Assembly (NCBI RefSeq): GCF_000012805.1 | Contig: NC_007484.1 | Span: 1,950,001 to 1,982,000, forward strand | Origin: Nitrosococcus oceani ATCC 19707 | Lineage (GTDB): Bacteria; Pseudomonadota; Gammaproteobacteria; Nitrosococcales; Nitrosococcaceae | Length of the DNA stretch: 32,000 nucleotides | Direction: 5' to 3' | Shown here: positions 10,439-18,884 of the stretch, in pieces | How positions within the stretch are numbered: the first letter of the stretch is position 1 | How the letters are laid out: every line of letters begins with the position of its first letter | Notes under the pieces: generated by a model | Told to the model about the DNA's origin: nothing | The model's database searches: none | What the model saw: only the letters and a program-made list of their open reading frames with translations | Position numbers and translations under genes: made by a program

Positions 10439-10458
10439 GCTCTTAGCTTGCTAAGAGC
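10439..10458. promoter_or_regulatory. Inverted repeat GCTCTTAGC-TT-GCTAAGAGC in the dxs/ispH divergent intergenic region (candidate operator)
   Basis: The arms are perfect 9-bp matches. The right arm plus flank (CTTGCTAAGAGC, 10447-10458) recurs exactly at 17692-17703 upstream of ispG. Confidence 0.3.
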
Positions 10459-10597
10459 AAACCTAGAAATGTTTTCTAAGTACACGATTTTTATAATTGC
10501 GCTTGCAAAGGGTGCTGGTGGTCTGTATTTTTCCTTAATTGTAGAGACATTACTGACAACGCTTTGGCTTGCGCCATCCAACAACAGGATTAAGCTC

Positions 10598-11560
10598 ATG
10601 AAAGTCACTCTCGCCCAACCCCGCGGTTTTTGCGCTGGGGTAGTGCGTGCTATTGATATAGTCGAGCACGCGCTGGAAATTTACGGTGCTCCGATTTATG
10701 TGTTACACGAAATCGTTCACAACCAGCATGTTGTTGAGGATCTACAGCGGCGTGGGGTTATTTTTACCGAAGATTTAGCCTCTATACCCGCTGGTTCAGT
10801 AACCATCTTCAGCGCCCATGGAGTTTCCACAGCCGTTGTGGAAACAGCCAAAAAAAATGATTTACAGGTAATTGACGCCACCTGCCCGCTGGTGACTAAG
10901 GTTCATCTCCAGGCCAAAAAATACTACCGCCAAGGAGATGAGCTGATTATCATTGGCCACGCTGGCCACCCTGAAGTAGAAGGCACCCGTGGGCGAGTCA
11001 AGGGAACCGTTTATGTCCTGGATTCCGTAGCGGAAGTTGAAAATCTAGCAGTCAAGGATCCGGAACATATCGCTTATGTCACCCAAACCACTCTGAGCAT
11101 CGATGATACCCGCGATGTGGTCGATGCTCTTAAGAAACGCTTTCCTAAAATTCATGGTCCAGGACTCGACGATATCTGCTATGCAACCCAAAATCGCCAA
11201 AATGCTGTCCGTGAGATGAGCAAAAAAGTAGACATCTTACTAGTCGTTGGCGCACGTAATAGCTCGAACTCCAATCGCCTACGGGAAGTTGGCGAACAAA
11301 ATGGCATCACCGCCCATCTTATCCAAGATGCAAAAGATTTGGATTCAAGTTGGTTTACCTCCCAGTCGCGAGTGGGAATTACAGCCGGCGCTTCAACACC
11401 AGAAATCCTCGTGCAGGGGGTATTAAATGAGCTGCGCAGCTATGGCGTTGAAGAAGTCATGGATTTAGACGGGGTGCAAGAATCCATTAGTTTTCGCCTA
11501 CCCACAATGTTGCCACGCGCTAAGCTAAGGCAAAAACAAGCGATTAACTCTAAGCAGTAA
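10598..11560 (+). CDS. ispH: 4-hydroxy-3-methylbut-2-enyl diphosphate reductase
   Basis: MKVTLAQPRGFCAGVVRAIDIVE is the canonical IspH N-terminus. All three cluster cysteines are present (GFCAGV, ATCPLV, ICYATQNRQ). The ORF-track start at 10448 is an upstream TTG that adds 50 non-homologous residues, so I rejected it in favour of ATG 10598. Confidence 0.95.
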   Translation: MKVTLAQPRGFCAGVVRAIDIVEHALEIYGAPIYVLHEIVHNQHVVEDLQRRGVIFTEDLASIPAGSVTIFSAHGVSTAVVETAKKNDLQVIDATCPLVTKVHLQAKKYYRQGDELIIIGHAGHPEVEGTRGRVKGTVYVLDSVAEVENLAVKDPEHIAYVTQTTLSIDDTRDVVDALKKRFPKIHGPGLDDICYATQNRQNAVREMSKKVDILLVVGARNSSNSNRLREVGEQNGITAHLIQDAKDLDSSWFTSQSRVGITAGASTPEILVQGVLNELRSYGVEEVMDLDGVQESISFRLPTMLPRAKLRQKQAINSKQ

Positions 11561-11597
11561 AGCCATCATAAATTTATAAAGTCCAAGGGGGAAAAGC

Positions 11598-12716
11598 ATG
11601 GGTATACCTTTAATCCAGCAATACCGTGTAGGCCGTTACATTCTGAGCAAAAAAATTCGTGGTGAAAAGCGTTATCCCCTTGTGCTAATGCTTGAACCGC
11701 TCTTCCGTTGTAACTTGGCCTGCGCAGGCTGCGGCAAAATTGATTACTCGGAAGAAATTCTCGACAGGCGTTTGAGTCCTCAAGAATGCTTCGATGCGGT
11801 TGATGAGTGTGGCGCCCCCATTGTTTCCATCCCAGGCGGAGAGCCTCTGATTCACAAGGAGATGCCGCAAATCGTCGCCGGCATCGTCAAACGCAAGAAA
11901 TTCGTATATCTTTGCACCAACGCCTTGCTCCTTTCCAAACGTCTCAAGGACTATACGCCATCGCCCTACCTTACTTTTTCCGTCCATCTAGATGGCAATC
12001 GGGAACACCATGATGCCTCCGTTTGTCAGGAAGGAGTATTTGATCGGGCCGTAGCTGCTATCAAATTATGCCGCGAGCGAGGCTTCCGGGTCACGGTGAA
12101 TTGCACCCTATTCCACGGGGCAAAGCCAAAAGAAGTAGCTGAATTCTTCGATTACTGCATGAATCTGGGGATAGAGGGTGTCACTCTTTCCCCAGGCTAT
12201 AGCTACGAGCGGGCTCCCCGCCAGGACATTTTCCTTCAGCGGGCCGCCAGTAAACGTTTATTCCGGGATATTTTCCGGCTTGATAAAGAGCGCAAATGGC
12301 ATTTTAACCAATCCAGTCTCTTTTTAGACTTTCTGGCGGGAAATCAAACTTACCAATGCACTCCCTGGGGCAACCCTACCCGCAATATTTTCGGCTGGCA
12401 ACGGCCTTGCTATCTGTTTTCGGAGGATGGTTACGCTCCCACTTTCAAAGCTCTCATGGAAGAAACCGACTGGAGTAAATACGGCACGGGTAATCACCCC
12501 AAATGTGCCAACTGCATGGCCCATTGCGGCTATGAGCCCACCGCCGTCAATGACACCTTTGCCCATCCCCTAAAAGCCTTCAAAGTTTTCCTCCGAGGAC
12601 CGCGCCTAGAAGGTCCATTAGCGCCCGAACTTCCTATTAATTATTCAGAAAAGCCAGATGATACGGCATCCATACCCGTTGATAGCCTCCGTCATAAAAG
12701 CAGGGAGGCATCCTAA
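11598..12716 (+). CDS. hpnH: Adenosyl-hopene transferase (radical SAM), hopanoid side-chain extension
   Basis: The 372-aa protein begins MGIPLIQQYRVGRYILSKK...YPLVLMLEPLFRCNLACAGCGKIDY, which includes the CxxxCxxC motif. The HpnH-type C-terminal Cys-rich region (HPKCANCMAHCGYEP) is present. The RBS AAGGGGGA is upstream. The gene lies 37 nt after ispH, the usual ispH-hpnH pairing. Confidence 0.9.
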   Translation: MGIPLIQQYRVGRYILSKKIRGEKRYPLVLMLEPLFRCNLACAGCGKIDYSEEILDRRLSPQECFDAVDECGAPIVSIPGGEPLIHKEMPQIVAGIVKRKKFVYLCTNALLLSKRLKDYTPSPYLTFSVHLDGNREHHDASVCQEGVFDRAVAAIKLCRERGFRVTVNCTLFHGAKPKEVAEFFDYCMNLGIEGVTLSPGYSYERAPRQDIFLQRAASKRLFRDIFRLDKERKWHFNQSSLFLDFLAGNQTYQCTPWGNPTRNIFGWQRPCYLFSEDGYAPTFKALMEETDWSKYGTGNHPKCANCMAHCGYEPTAVNDTFAHPLKAFKVFLRGPRLEGPLAPELPINYSEKPDDTASIPVDSLRHKSREAS

Positions 12717-12819
12717 CAAAATACAGACTTTGGAGTTAAGAAGCAGCTTTAAACTACTTCTTAATAGGGATAAATGGCAAGGAAATTCGGATGCTAATGA
12801 ATAAATATCCTAGCTTTCT

Positions 12820-12852
12820 CCTATGGGCGCGCAATCCTGTTGCGCCCATAGG
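12820..12852. other. Perfect 11-bp GC-rich stem-loop (CCTATGGGCGC-N11-GCGCCCATAGG) without a U tract
   Basis: Read directly from the sequence. It lies about 100 nt after the hpnH stop and just upstream of the glycosyltransferase remnant. No T run follows on either strand, so it is not a canonical intrinsic terminator. Confidence 0.5.
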
Positions 12853-12879
12853 AGCAGTCGGAAAAACCTGGAACCCCAA

Positions 12880-13110
12880 ATGCTCCTGCCAAACTCCGAT
12901 CTGAACCAAATCACGGTGCTCATTCCAACCTGCAATGAAGCCCCCTGTCATTGGCAAGATCCACGGTACCCTGCAAGCTTAAGGCAAAGGATTACCGGTG
13001 ATCCTGATTGACGACCCATCAGTGATGGCACCCCTAGTGTTGCCTAAACGGCAATGCCCGGAGAGCAGGACGGTTTGTCTGTCTTTGGACCTATGCTATG
13101 GTGCATATCC
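12880..13110 (+). pseudogene. Decayed N-terminal fragment of a family-2 glycosyltransferase (possibly a former hopanoid-associated HpnB/HpnI-type gene)
   Basis: Frame 1 from ATG 12880 reads MLLPNSDLNQITVLIPTCNEA, the GT2 hallmark. Similarity continues in frame 2 from 12947 as VIGKIHGTLQA*GKGLPVILIDD, with a TAA at 12980. It returns to frame 1 at 13018 as ISDGTPSVA*, completing the canonical DDxSxDGT. That makes at least 2 frameshifts and at least 2 in-frame stops, and only about 80 codons remain before hpnM. The 3' boundary is approximate. Confidence 0.55.
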
Positions 13111-13151
13111 TTGAAGGGCAACTCTATAAGAGAACGAGGAAATAAGGATCC

Positions 13152-13778
13152 ATGAAACGAGCATTAATCGGGGCCATACTGGCAATTTTCGCCGGAATTG
13201 CACCGGTAATACCGTCTGCTGCGGCAGAACAACCTTCTTCGACGGTTGAGCGTTTGCACAATACCCTTTTGGCGGTGATGAAAGAGGCCGAGGCACTTGG
13301 CTTTGGGGGCCGCTACCAAAAGCTGCTACCTGTGATTAGCGAGGAGTTTGATCTACCTTTTGTCGCCCATTATACCCTCGGTTCCTCTTGGGATGAACTT
13401 AGCGGAGAGCAGCAGCATCAATTCATAGAGACTTTCCGCGAGCTTTCCGTGGTCGATTATGCTCGCAACTTTGATGGGTATAGTGGCCAGCATTTTACCA
13501 TCGAAGAAGAAACCCCCCTTCCCCGCGGCCGCGTAAGGGTTCGGAGTAAACTCATCGATCCCAACGGCGGCTCAAGCGTGGTTTTCGATTATCTTCTTCA
13601 CAAAGCCGATAACCAGTGGCAGATCGTTAATGTGATTGCCAATGGAGTGAGCGATTTGGCGGTGAAACGGGCCGAATACCGCCATATCATAAAAGCAGAA
13701 GGTTTTGATAGCCTGTTAAGCAAGCTCAAAGAAAAGATCGCGCTCTACTGCCAACAGGCAGAGGCCTCATCATCCTAA
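13152..13778 (+). CDS. hpnM: MlaC/Ttg2D-family periplasmic lipid-binding protein, hopanoid-associated (HpnM-like)
   Basis: A signal peptide (MKRALIGAILAIFAGIAPVIPSAAA) is followed by the MlaC-type motif FDLPFVAHYTLGSSWDELSGEQQHQFIETF. The gene lies directly upstream of the RND transporter gene. Confidence 0.75.
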   Translation: MKRALIGAILAIFAGIAPVIPSAAAEQPSSTVERLHNTLLAVMKEAEALGFGGRYQKLLPVISEEFDLPFVAHYTLGSSWDELSGEQQHQFIETFRELSVVDYARNFDGYSGQHFTIEEETPLPRGRVRVRSKLIDPNGGSSVVFDYLLHKADNQWQIVNVIANGVSDLAVKRAEYRHIIKAEGFDSLLSKLKEKIALYCQQAEASSS

Positions 13779-13794
13779 AGCTATCCAGCTCGAT

Positions 13795-16500
13795 ATGCCT
13801 CCCCCCCATTCCAACCATTACGGGACAAATTCGCGGTACATTAAAAACGCTAATGGCTTTCTCACGAGCTGGGTCGGTTGGGTTTATCGCTTAGCACCCT
13901 GGGTTCTCATCATCATTTTTTTGCTTACCGGGGGAGTATTCTACTATACAGTGGAAAACTTGGGCGTCGATACCGACACCGCAAATATCCTCTCACCCGA
14001 CCTCCCTTTTCGGCAAAGCAACGAGCGCTACACTCATTTGTTCCCGCAATATGAGGATACGCTCATTATTGTTATCGAGGGGAATGTTCCCGAGCGCATT
14101 TGGGAAGGAAGCAAGCAACTTGCTGCTAAGCTAGAAGCAAGCGATACTTTATTTAAACGCGTCTACCTACCCCAGGCAAACAACTTCTTTGAGCGTTATG
14201 GCTTAATGTACCTGAGTTTATCAGAACTTGAAAAAACAACAGACAGCCTAGCTCAAGCACAGCCGTTTTTGGGCCGGCTGACCCAAGATCCCTCCCTAGG
14301 CGGCCTGCTCGATATGCTCAACGAAGTCATCAACGCCAAACAGGCAGGGGATACCAACCTCGAATTACAACCTATCCTTGGCCCTATTAGCCAAGCTGTA
14401 GAATCCATCCTCTCCGGGCAACCCAATATTCTGTCCTGGCAAGCGTTGATGAGTCCGGATGAGACGGCATCTTCTAAGGAACAACGCCAATTTATCATTG
14501 CTCAACCTCGAATGGATTTCAACCAAATCCTGCCAGCAGGACCCGCTATTGAAGCCGTTCGTGCCTTCTCCGAGGAACTTCAGCTTGATTCTCTTCATGG
14601 TTTGCAAGTGCGAATTACAGGAGATGTAGCGCTCTCCCATGAAGAGTTAGAAAGTGCCATAGCAGGAGCTAAAATAGCAGGGCTCTTGGCGATACTCATG
14701 ACGGGCGTCCTGCTTCTGCTCGGCTTACGATCTATCTCCCTCGTACTGGCAACCTTAGTTACCCTAGTAATCGGGCTTATTCTCACCGCTGGGTTTGCAA
14801 CGGTTACAATAGGGCATCTGAATTTAATTTCCACTGCCTTTGCCGTACTTTATATTGGCTTGGGCACGGCCTATGCCATTCATTTTTGCCTGCGCTACCA
14901 GCGTCTTATTCAAGCTGGATTGGGGCAACCAGAAGCTCTGTCCGTAACTGCTTCGGAAGTTGGAACAGCGCTTACGCTATGCGCTCTCACCACTGCTATT
15001 GGTTTTTATGCTTTCATCCCCACTGATTTTGCAGGCGTATCCGAACTAGGAATCATCGCCGGCACCGGGATGTTCATCAGCCTAGCCCTAACGTTAACCT
15101 TCTTACCTGCTTTACTGCGGCTGTTACCCATGCCATCGTCGACCCGCTCTCGGGGAGCGCGGGGAAAGACGCTGAGCTTTTTATCCAACATACCGATAGA
15201 CTACCGGCGTCAGCTTCTCGGAAGCGGGTTAATTTTAGGACTGGGCGCGCTCATTCTGCTGCCCCAAAGCCATTTTGACTACAACCCACTTAACCTGCGC
15301 AATCCCAACTCTGAGTCTGTCTCTACCTTGCTTGAACTTATTGACACTGAAACCATCCCTCCCTTAAGCGCAATCGTATTAGCCTCCGACGCCCGCAAAG
15401 CACAGCAACTTGCAGACCAGCTCCGGCAACTAGACACAGTGGGAACGGTAGTAACAGTTCAAGACTTTATTCCCAAAAAGCAAGAAGAAAAACTCGCCAT
15501 TATTGATGAAATGGCGCTACTGCTCGGTCCTCTACTAGGCCCTTCAGAGTGGGAATCTAAAACAAAAACGGAACAAAAATACATTACCCTCCGCCGGTTC
15601 TTACAAACCCTGGATAATTATCTCGCCAGCTCGACGCCCCCCCCCTCACCAGCGGCCTATCAACTGGCAGAGAATTTTCGGCAATTACTTAACCGTCTCA
15701 AGCAAAGCAACCTAGTGGCCCAAAAACAGTTGCTGCTTACTCTCCAGCACAACCTACTGGCAACCTTACCGGATAACCTGACACGGCTAGGACAATCATT
15801 GCAAGCTGGACCTATATCTTTGGGTACGCTGCCGCCTGATCTCCGCCGACGCTGGATAACCCCTGCCGGCATCCAGCGAATTGAGGTTTTCCCCAAGGAA
15901 GGACTCAATATTAACGATACCACTTCTCTACGTCACTTTGTCAATGACATTCATAACCTTGCCCCTAGCGCCACCGGCGCGCTCATTCTTAGTTTTAGAT
16001 CGGGGGAAACCATCGTCGCAGCATTCCAACAGGCTTTTATCTATGCCTTAATAGCCATCACCATCGTGTTACTCTTTCTCCTGCGCAGCCCTAGAGATGC
16101 AATATTAGTCCTGATTCCGCTGCTCCTGGCAGGCGTTATGCTGGGTGCAGCGATGGTAATACTCGATACCCCTTTCAATTTCGCCAATATCATTGCCTTG
16201 CCTCTTATTCTTGGAATCGGTGTGGATAATGGTATCCATATGGTCTGGCGAGTACGGCAAGCACCGCCCAAAACGGGAAACCCTCTTCAGACCAGCACGG
16301 CCCTTGCCGTGATACTCAGTGCCTTAGTGACGGTTTGCAGCTTTGGCAATCTGTTATTTGCCTCCCACCCCGGTATGGCAAGCATGGGGCTGTTACTCAG
16401 TGTCGGCGTTGCCCTGACTTTGCTTTGCACCCTGTTGCTGCTGCCAGCTTTACTACTGGCAACCCAAAATCGTTTTAGTCTTGCCGGTGAGAAAAAATAA
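13795..16500 (+). CDS. hpnN: RND-superfamily hopanoid transporter (HpnN-like)
   Basis: The 901-aa protein has two blocks of about 6 TM helices, each preceded by a large soluble loop, which is the MMPL/RND topology. It starts 16 nt after hpnM, within the hopanoid cluster. Confidence 0.8.
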   Translation: MPPPHSNHYGTNSRYIKNANGFLTSWVGWVYRLAPWVLIIIFLLTGGVFYYTVENLGVDTDTANILSPDLPFRQSNERYTHLFPQYEDTLIIVIEGNVPERIWEGSKQLAAKLEASDTLFKRVYLPQANNFFERYGLMYLSLSELEKTTDSLAQAQPFLGRLTQDPSLGGLLDMLNEVINAKQAGDTNLELQPILGPISQAVESILSGQPNILSWQALMSPDETASSKEQRQFIIAQPRMDFNQILPAGPAIEAVRAFSEELQLDSLHGLQVRITGDVALSHEELESAIAGAKIAGLLAILMTGVLLLLGLRSISLVLATLVTLVIGLILTAGFATVTIGHLNLISTAFAVLYIGLGTAYAIHFCLRYQRLIQAGLGQPEALSVTASEVGTALTLCALTTAIGFYAFIPTDFAGVSELGIIAGTGMFISLALTLTFLPALLRLLPMPSSTRSRGARGKTLSFLSNIPIDYRRQLLGSGLILGLGALILLPQSHFDYNPLNLRNPNSESVSTLLELIDTETIPPLSAIVLASDARKAQQLADQLRQLDTVGTVVTVQDFIPKKQEEKLAIIDEMALLLGPLLGPSEWESKTKTEQKYITLRRFLQTLDNYLASSTPPPSPAAYQLAENFRQLLNRLKQSNLVAQKQLLLTLQHNLLATLPDNLTRLGQSLQAGPISLGTLPPDLRRRWITPAGIQRIEVFPKEGLNINDTTSLRHFVNDIHNLAPSATGALILSFRSGETIVAAFQQAFIYALIAITIVLLFLLRSPRDAILVLIPLLLAGVMLGAAMVILDTPFNFANIIALPLILGIGVDNGIHMVWRVRQAPPKTGNPLQTSTALAVILSALVTVCSFGNLLFASHPGMASMGLLLSVGVALTLLCTLLLLPALLLATQNRFSLAGEKK

Positions 16501-16609
16501 CCTTAATCCCAACGGCTTGATGACATGCTATATTGTTTTGTTCTTATACTTTCTTTTTATTTGCGCTGCTGTGGCTTCATAGGCCCTAGAAATCAAAGGA
16601 CTCATTGAA

Positions 16610-17626
16610 GTGAAGCTCACTGCTTATATTGCGTTTCTTGCCGGACTCGTCCTATTTCTTGCTTTAGTTGCCAATGAGGGGTTTACTCAAGTAGCCTCTG
16701 CCTTGGTAATGGCGGGCTGGGGTTTAGCCGTGGTGGTTCTGTTCCATTTAATTCCCATGATTGCCGATGCTCTCGGATGGTATGCCTTATTGGATCGAAC
16801 TCACCGGCCGCGATTCCGCGCTATTTTCGGGGCTCGTTGGATTGGCGAGTCCGTAAACAACCTGTTACCCGTAGCGCAAATAGGCGGAGGATTAGTCAAA
16901 ATCCGCTTGCTCAGCCACTACCAAGTACCCGCCTCCCAAGCTGGTGCCAGTGTCGTGGTCAACCTTACCCTAGCGGTTTTTGCTCAAGTACTCTTTACCC
17001 TCTTGGGGCTTAGCCTGCTTACCTTCTTTCTGGGAGAAGGGAAAGTAGCTCAGGGAATATTGGCTGGTACGGTTATTAGTATCTTGCCCATCATCGGCTT
17101 TTATTGGCTCCAACGACGGGGCTTATTTGGCTGGCTAGCACGGCGTCTTGAGCGCCTCTCCGCTGGTCGCAAATGGCTTACTTTAACTGATGGTGGCAAT
17201 GCCCTTGATGCCTCGGTCATCCAACTTTATAATCAACGCCGCCGGATACTGCAAAGTTTTTATTGGATGCTTCTCGGTTGGCTGTTAGGCGCTGGTGAAG
17301 TCTGGTTGGCACTTTATTTTCTCGATCATCCCGTAGGCTGGCTTGAAGCTCTGATGATTGAAAGCTTGGCCCAGGCGGTCAAAGGCGCGGCCTTTTTAGT
17401 TCCTGGAGCCTTGGGGGTTCTAGAAGGCGGATATATCATCCTCGGTGGCCTGATTGGGATTCCTTATAGCGCTAGCTTGGCTTTGGCTTTAACCCGCCGG
17501 GTACGAGAGTTATGTCTAGGCATTCCAGGAATACTAGTGTGGCAATTCATGGAGGGAAAACGTATGTGGCAACAAGCTAAATCCTCCTCTAAGAAACTCT
17601 CGGCCGACACCTCCCTGGGTAATTAA
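16610..17626 (+). CDS. hpnL: Flippase-like (LPG-synthase TM domain / UPF0104) membrane protein, hopanoid-associated HpnL-like
   Basis: The 338-aa polytopic membrane protein uses a GTG start with AAAGGA 9 nt upstream. The motif FGARWIGESVNNLLPVAQIGGGLVKIRLL is typical of the UPF0104 family. The HpnL assignment rests on gene context. Confidence 0.6.
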   Translation: MKLTAYIAFLAGLVLFLALVANEGFTQVASALVMAGWGLAVVVLFHLIPMIADALGWYALLDRTHRPRFRAIFGARWIGESVNNLLPVAQIGGGLVKIRLLSHYQVPASQAGASVVVNLTLAVFAQVLFTLLGLSLLTFFLGEGKVAQGILAGTVISILPIIGFYWLQRRGLFGWLARRLERLSAGRKWLTLTDGGNALDASVIQLYNQRRRILQSFYWMLLGWLLGAGEVWLALYFLDHPVGWLEALMIESLAQAVKGAAFLVPGALGVLEGGYIILGGLIGIPYSASLALALTRRVRELCLGIPGILVWQFMEGKRMWQQAKSSSKKLSADTSLGN

Positions 17627-17674
17627 TCTCTGGGTTTAGCACCTGCTAGATGCTTGTTCCCCGGCTTCGAAACA

Positions 17675-17703
17675 GCTAAGATTGAAGCAAACTTGCTAAG
17701 AGC
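17675..17703. promoter_or_regulatory. Direct repeat of GCTAAGA (17675-17681 and 17695-17701) containing the 12-mer CTTGCTAAGAGC shared with the ispH upstream region
   Basis: Read directly from the sequence. It ends 33 nt before the ispG TTG start, and the two copies start 20 bp apart. Confidence 0.3.
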
Positions 17704-17735
17704 TGCGTATTTAATCTACTAAGGAGAGTAAACCA

Positions 17736-18881
17736 TTGGAACTTCCCCGCAACCCGACTCGCCCCGTCCGTATCGGCACTATCACTATTGGTGATAACAA
17801 CCCGGTAGCGGTACAGAGTATGTGTGCCACCCACACTCGGGACGTGGGCGCTACCGTAAAACAAATCAATGATTTAATAAAAGCCGGCGCTGATGTGGTG
17901 CGTATTGCGGTAGATACCAAACGGGACGTAGAAGCCCTTATCGAGATCCGGCAGCAAACTCAAGCTAATCTGTCAGTCGATCTGCAGGAAAATTATCGAC
18001 TTGCCAAGACAGTAGCCCCTCATGTAGATAAGATTCGCTATAATCCTGGGCACCTCTACCACCACGAACGACAAAAACCTTGGCAAGATAAGGTAAAGTT
18101 TTTGTTGGAAGTGGCGGGCGAAAATGATTGCGCTGTCCGCATCGGTGTTAATGGAGGTTCGGTCGACCCGGCCAAGGCTTCCCAATTCTCCGAGGGCGAC
18201 TCCATCTCACCCATGCTAGCAAGCGCCTTGGAGCACTGTGAATTGCTAGATACGCTTGGCTTTATCCGCTACTGCGTTTCTCTCAAGGATTCTGACCCCA
18301 CAAAAGTCATTGAACTCAACCAGCGTTTTGCTGCTGAGCGTCCCGATATTCCTCTGCATCTTGGTGTAACTGAGGCGGGTATGCCACCGGAGGGAGTTAT
18401 AAAAACTCGAATCGCTTTTGAGCAGCTTATCAGTCGCGGGATTGGCGATACCATCCGGGTTTCCCTCACTTTGCCCTTTGACCGTAAGGGAGATGAGATC
18501 GAAGCAGGCCGCCAGATTCTTGCCGATATTGCCGCTGGACGGGTACGCAGCGTAGTGGATTACGGCCTTAAATCCCTCAATATCATTAGTTGCCCCAGTT
18601 GCTCCCGGGTGGAAAATGAAGCTTTCATCGATCTAGCCCAGGAAGTAAAAGCAATGACCGAATATGCCGCCGATTATGCGGTTACTATTGCGGTAATGGG
18701 CTGCCGCGTTAATGGACCTGGGGAAACCGATGACGCTGACCTTGGGCTTTGGTGCGGGCCTAAAGCTGTTAATCTCAAGCGGGGCAGCAAAACACTCGGC
18801 AGCTATAGCTACCATGATATTTTACCTCGATTAAAAGAGGAACTCGACATCATTATCTCGGAGCGAACAGAGACTGCATAA
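17736..18881 (+). CDS. ispG: 4-hydroxy-3-methylbut-2-en-1-yl diphosphate synthase (flavodoxin)
   Basis: The TTG start has AAGGAGAG 8 nt upstream. The protein shows [30 protein letters not shown], and the cluster cysteines IISCPSCSR and [11 protein letters not shown]. Confidence 0.93.
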   Translation: MELPRNPTRPVRIGTITIGDNNPVAVQSMCATHTRDVGATVKQINDLIKAGADVVRIAVDTKRDVEALIEIRQQTQANLSVDLQENYRLAKTVAPHVDKIRYNPGHLYHHERQKPWQDKVKFLLEVAGENDCAVRIGVNGGSVDPAKASQFSEGDSISPMLASALEHCELLDTLGFIRYCVSLKDSDPTKVIELNQRFAAERPDIPLHLGVTEAGMPPEGVIKTRIAFEQLISRGIGDTIRVSLTLPFDRKGDEIEAGRQILADIAAGRVRSVVDYGLKSLNIISCPSCSRVENEAFIDLAQEVKAMTEYAADYAVTIAVMGCRVNGPGETDDADLGLWCGPKAVNLKRGSKTLGSYSYHDILPRLKEELDIIISERTETA

Positions 18882-18884
18882 ATA

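Noticed and set aside
10492-10497. Perfect TATAAT hexamer about 100 nt upstream of ispH as its -10 element
   Set aside because: No acceptable -35 lies at 16-19 bp spacing (the best is TGTTTT), and there is no extended -10 TG. A lone hexamer in AT-rich DNA is not enough to annotate a promoter.
10448-10597. 50-codon N-terminal extension of ispH from a TTG start, as listed in the ORF track
   Set aside because: The extension has no IspH homology, while ATG 10598 gives the canonical MKVTLAQPRGFCAG N-terminus. The TTG lies inside the palindromic operator-like element.
12754-12957. 67-aa minus-strand ORF and 62-aa plus-strand ORF (12823-13011) in the hpnH-hpnM spacer
   Set aside because: The plus ORF is merely the first frame segment of the decayed glycosyltransferase. 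The minus ORF is its antisense shadow and spans the GC hairpin.
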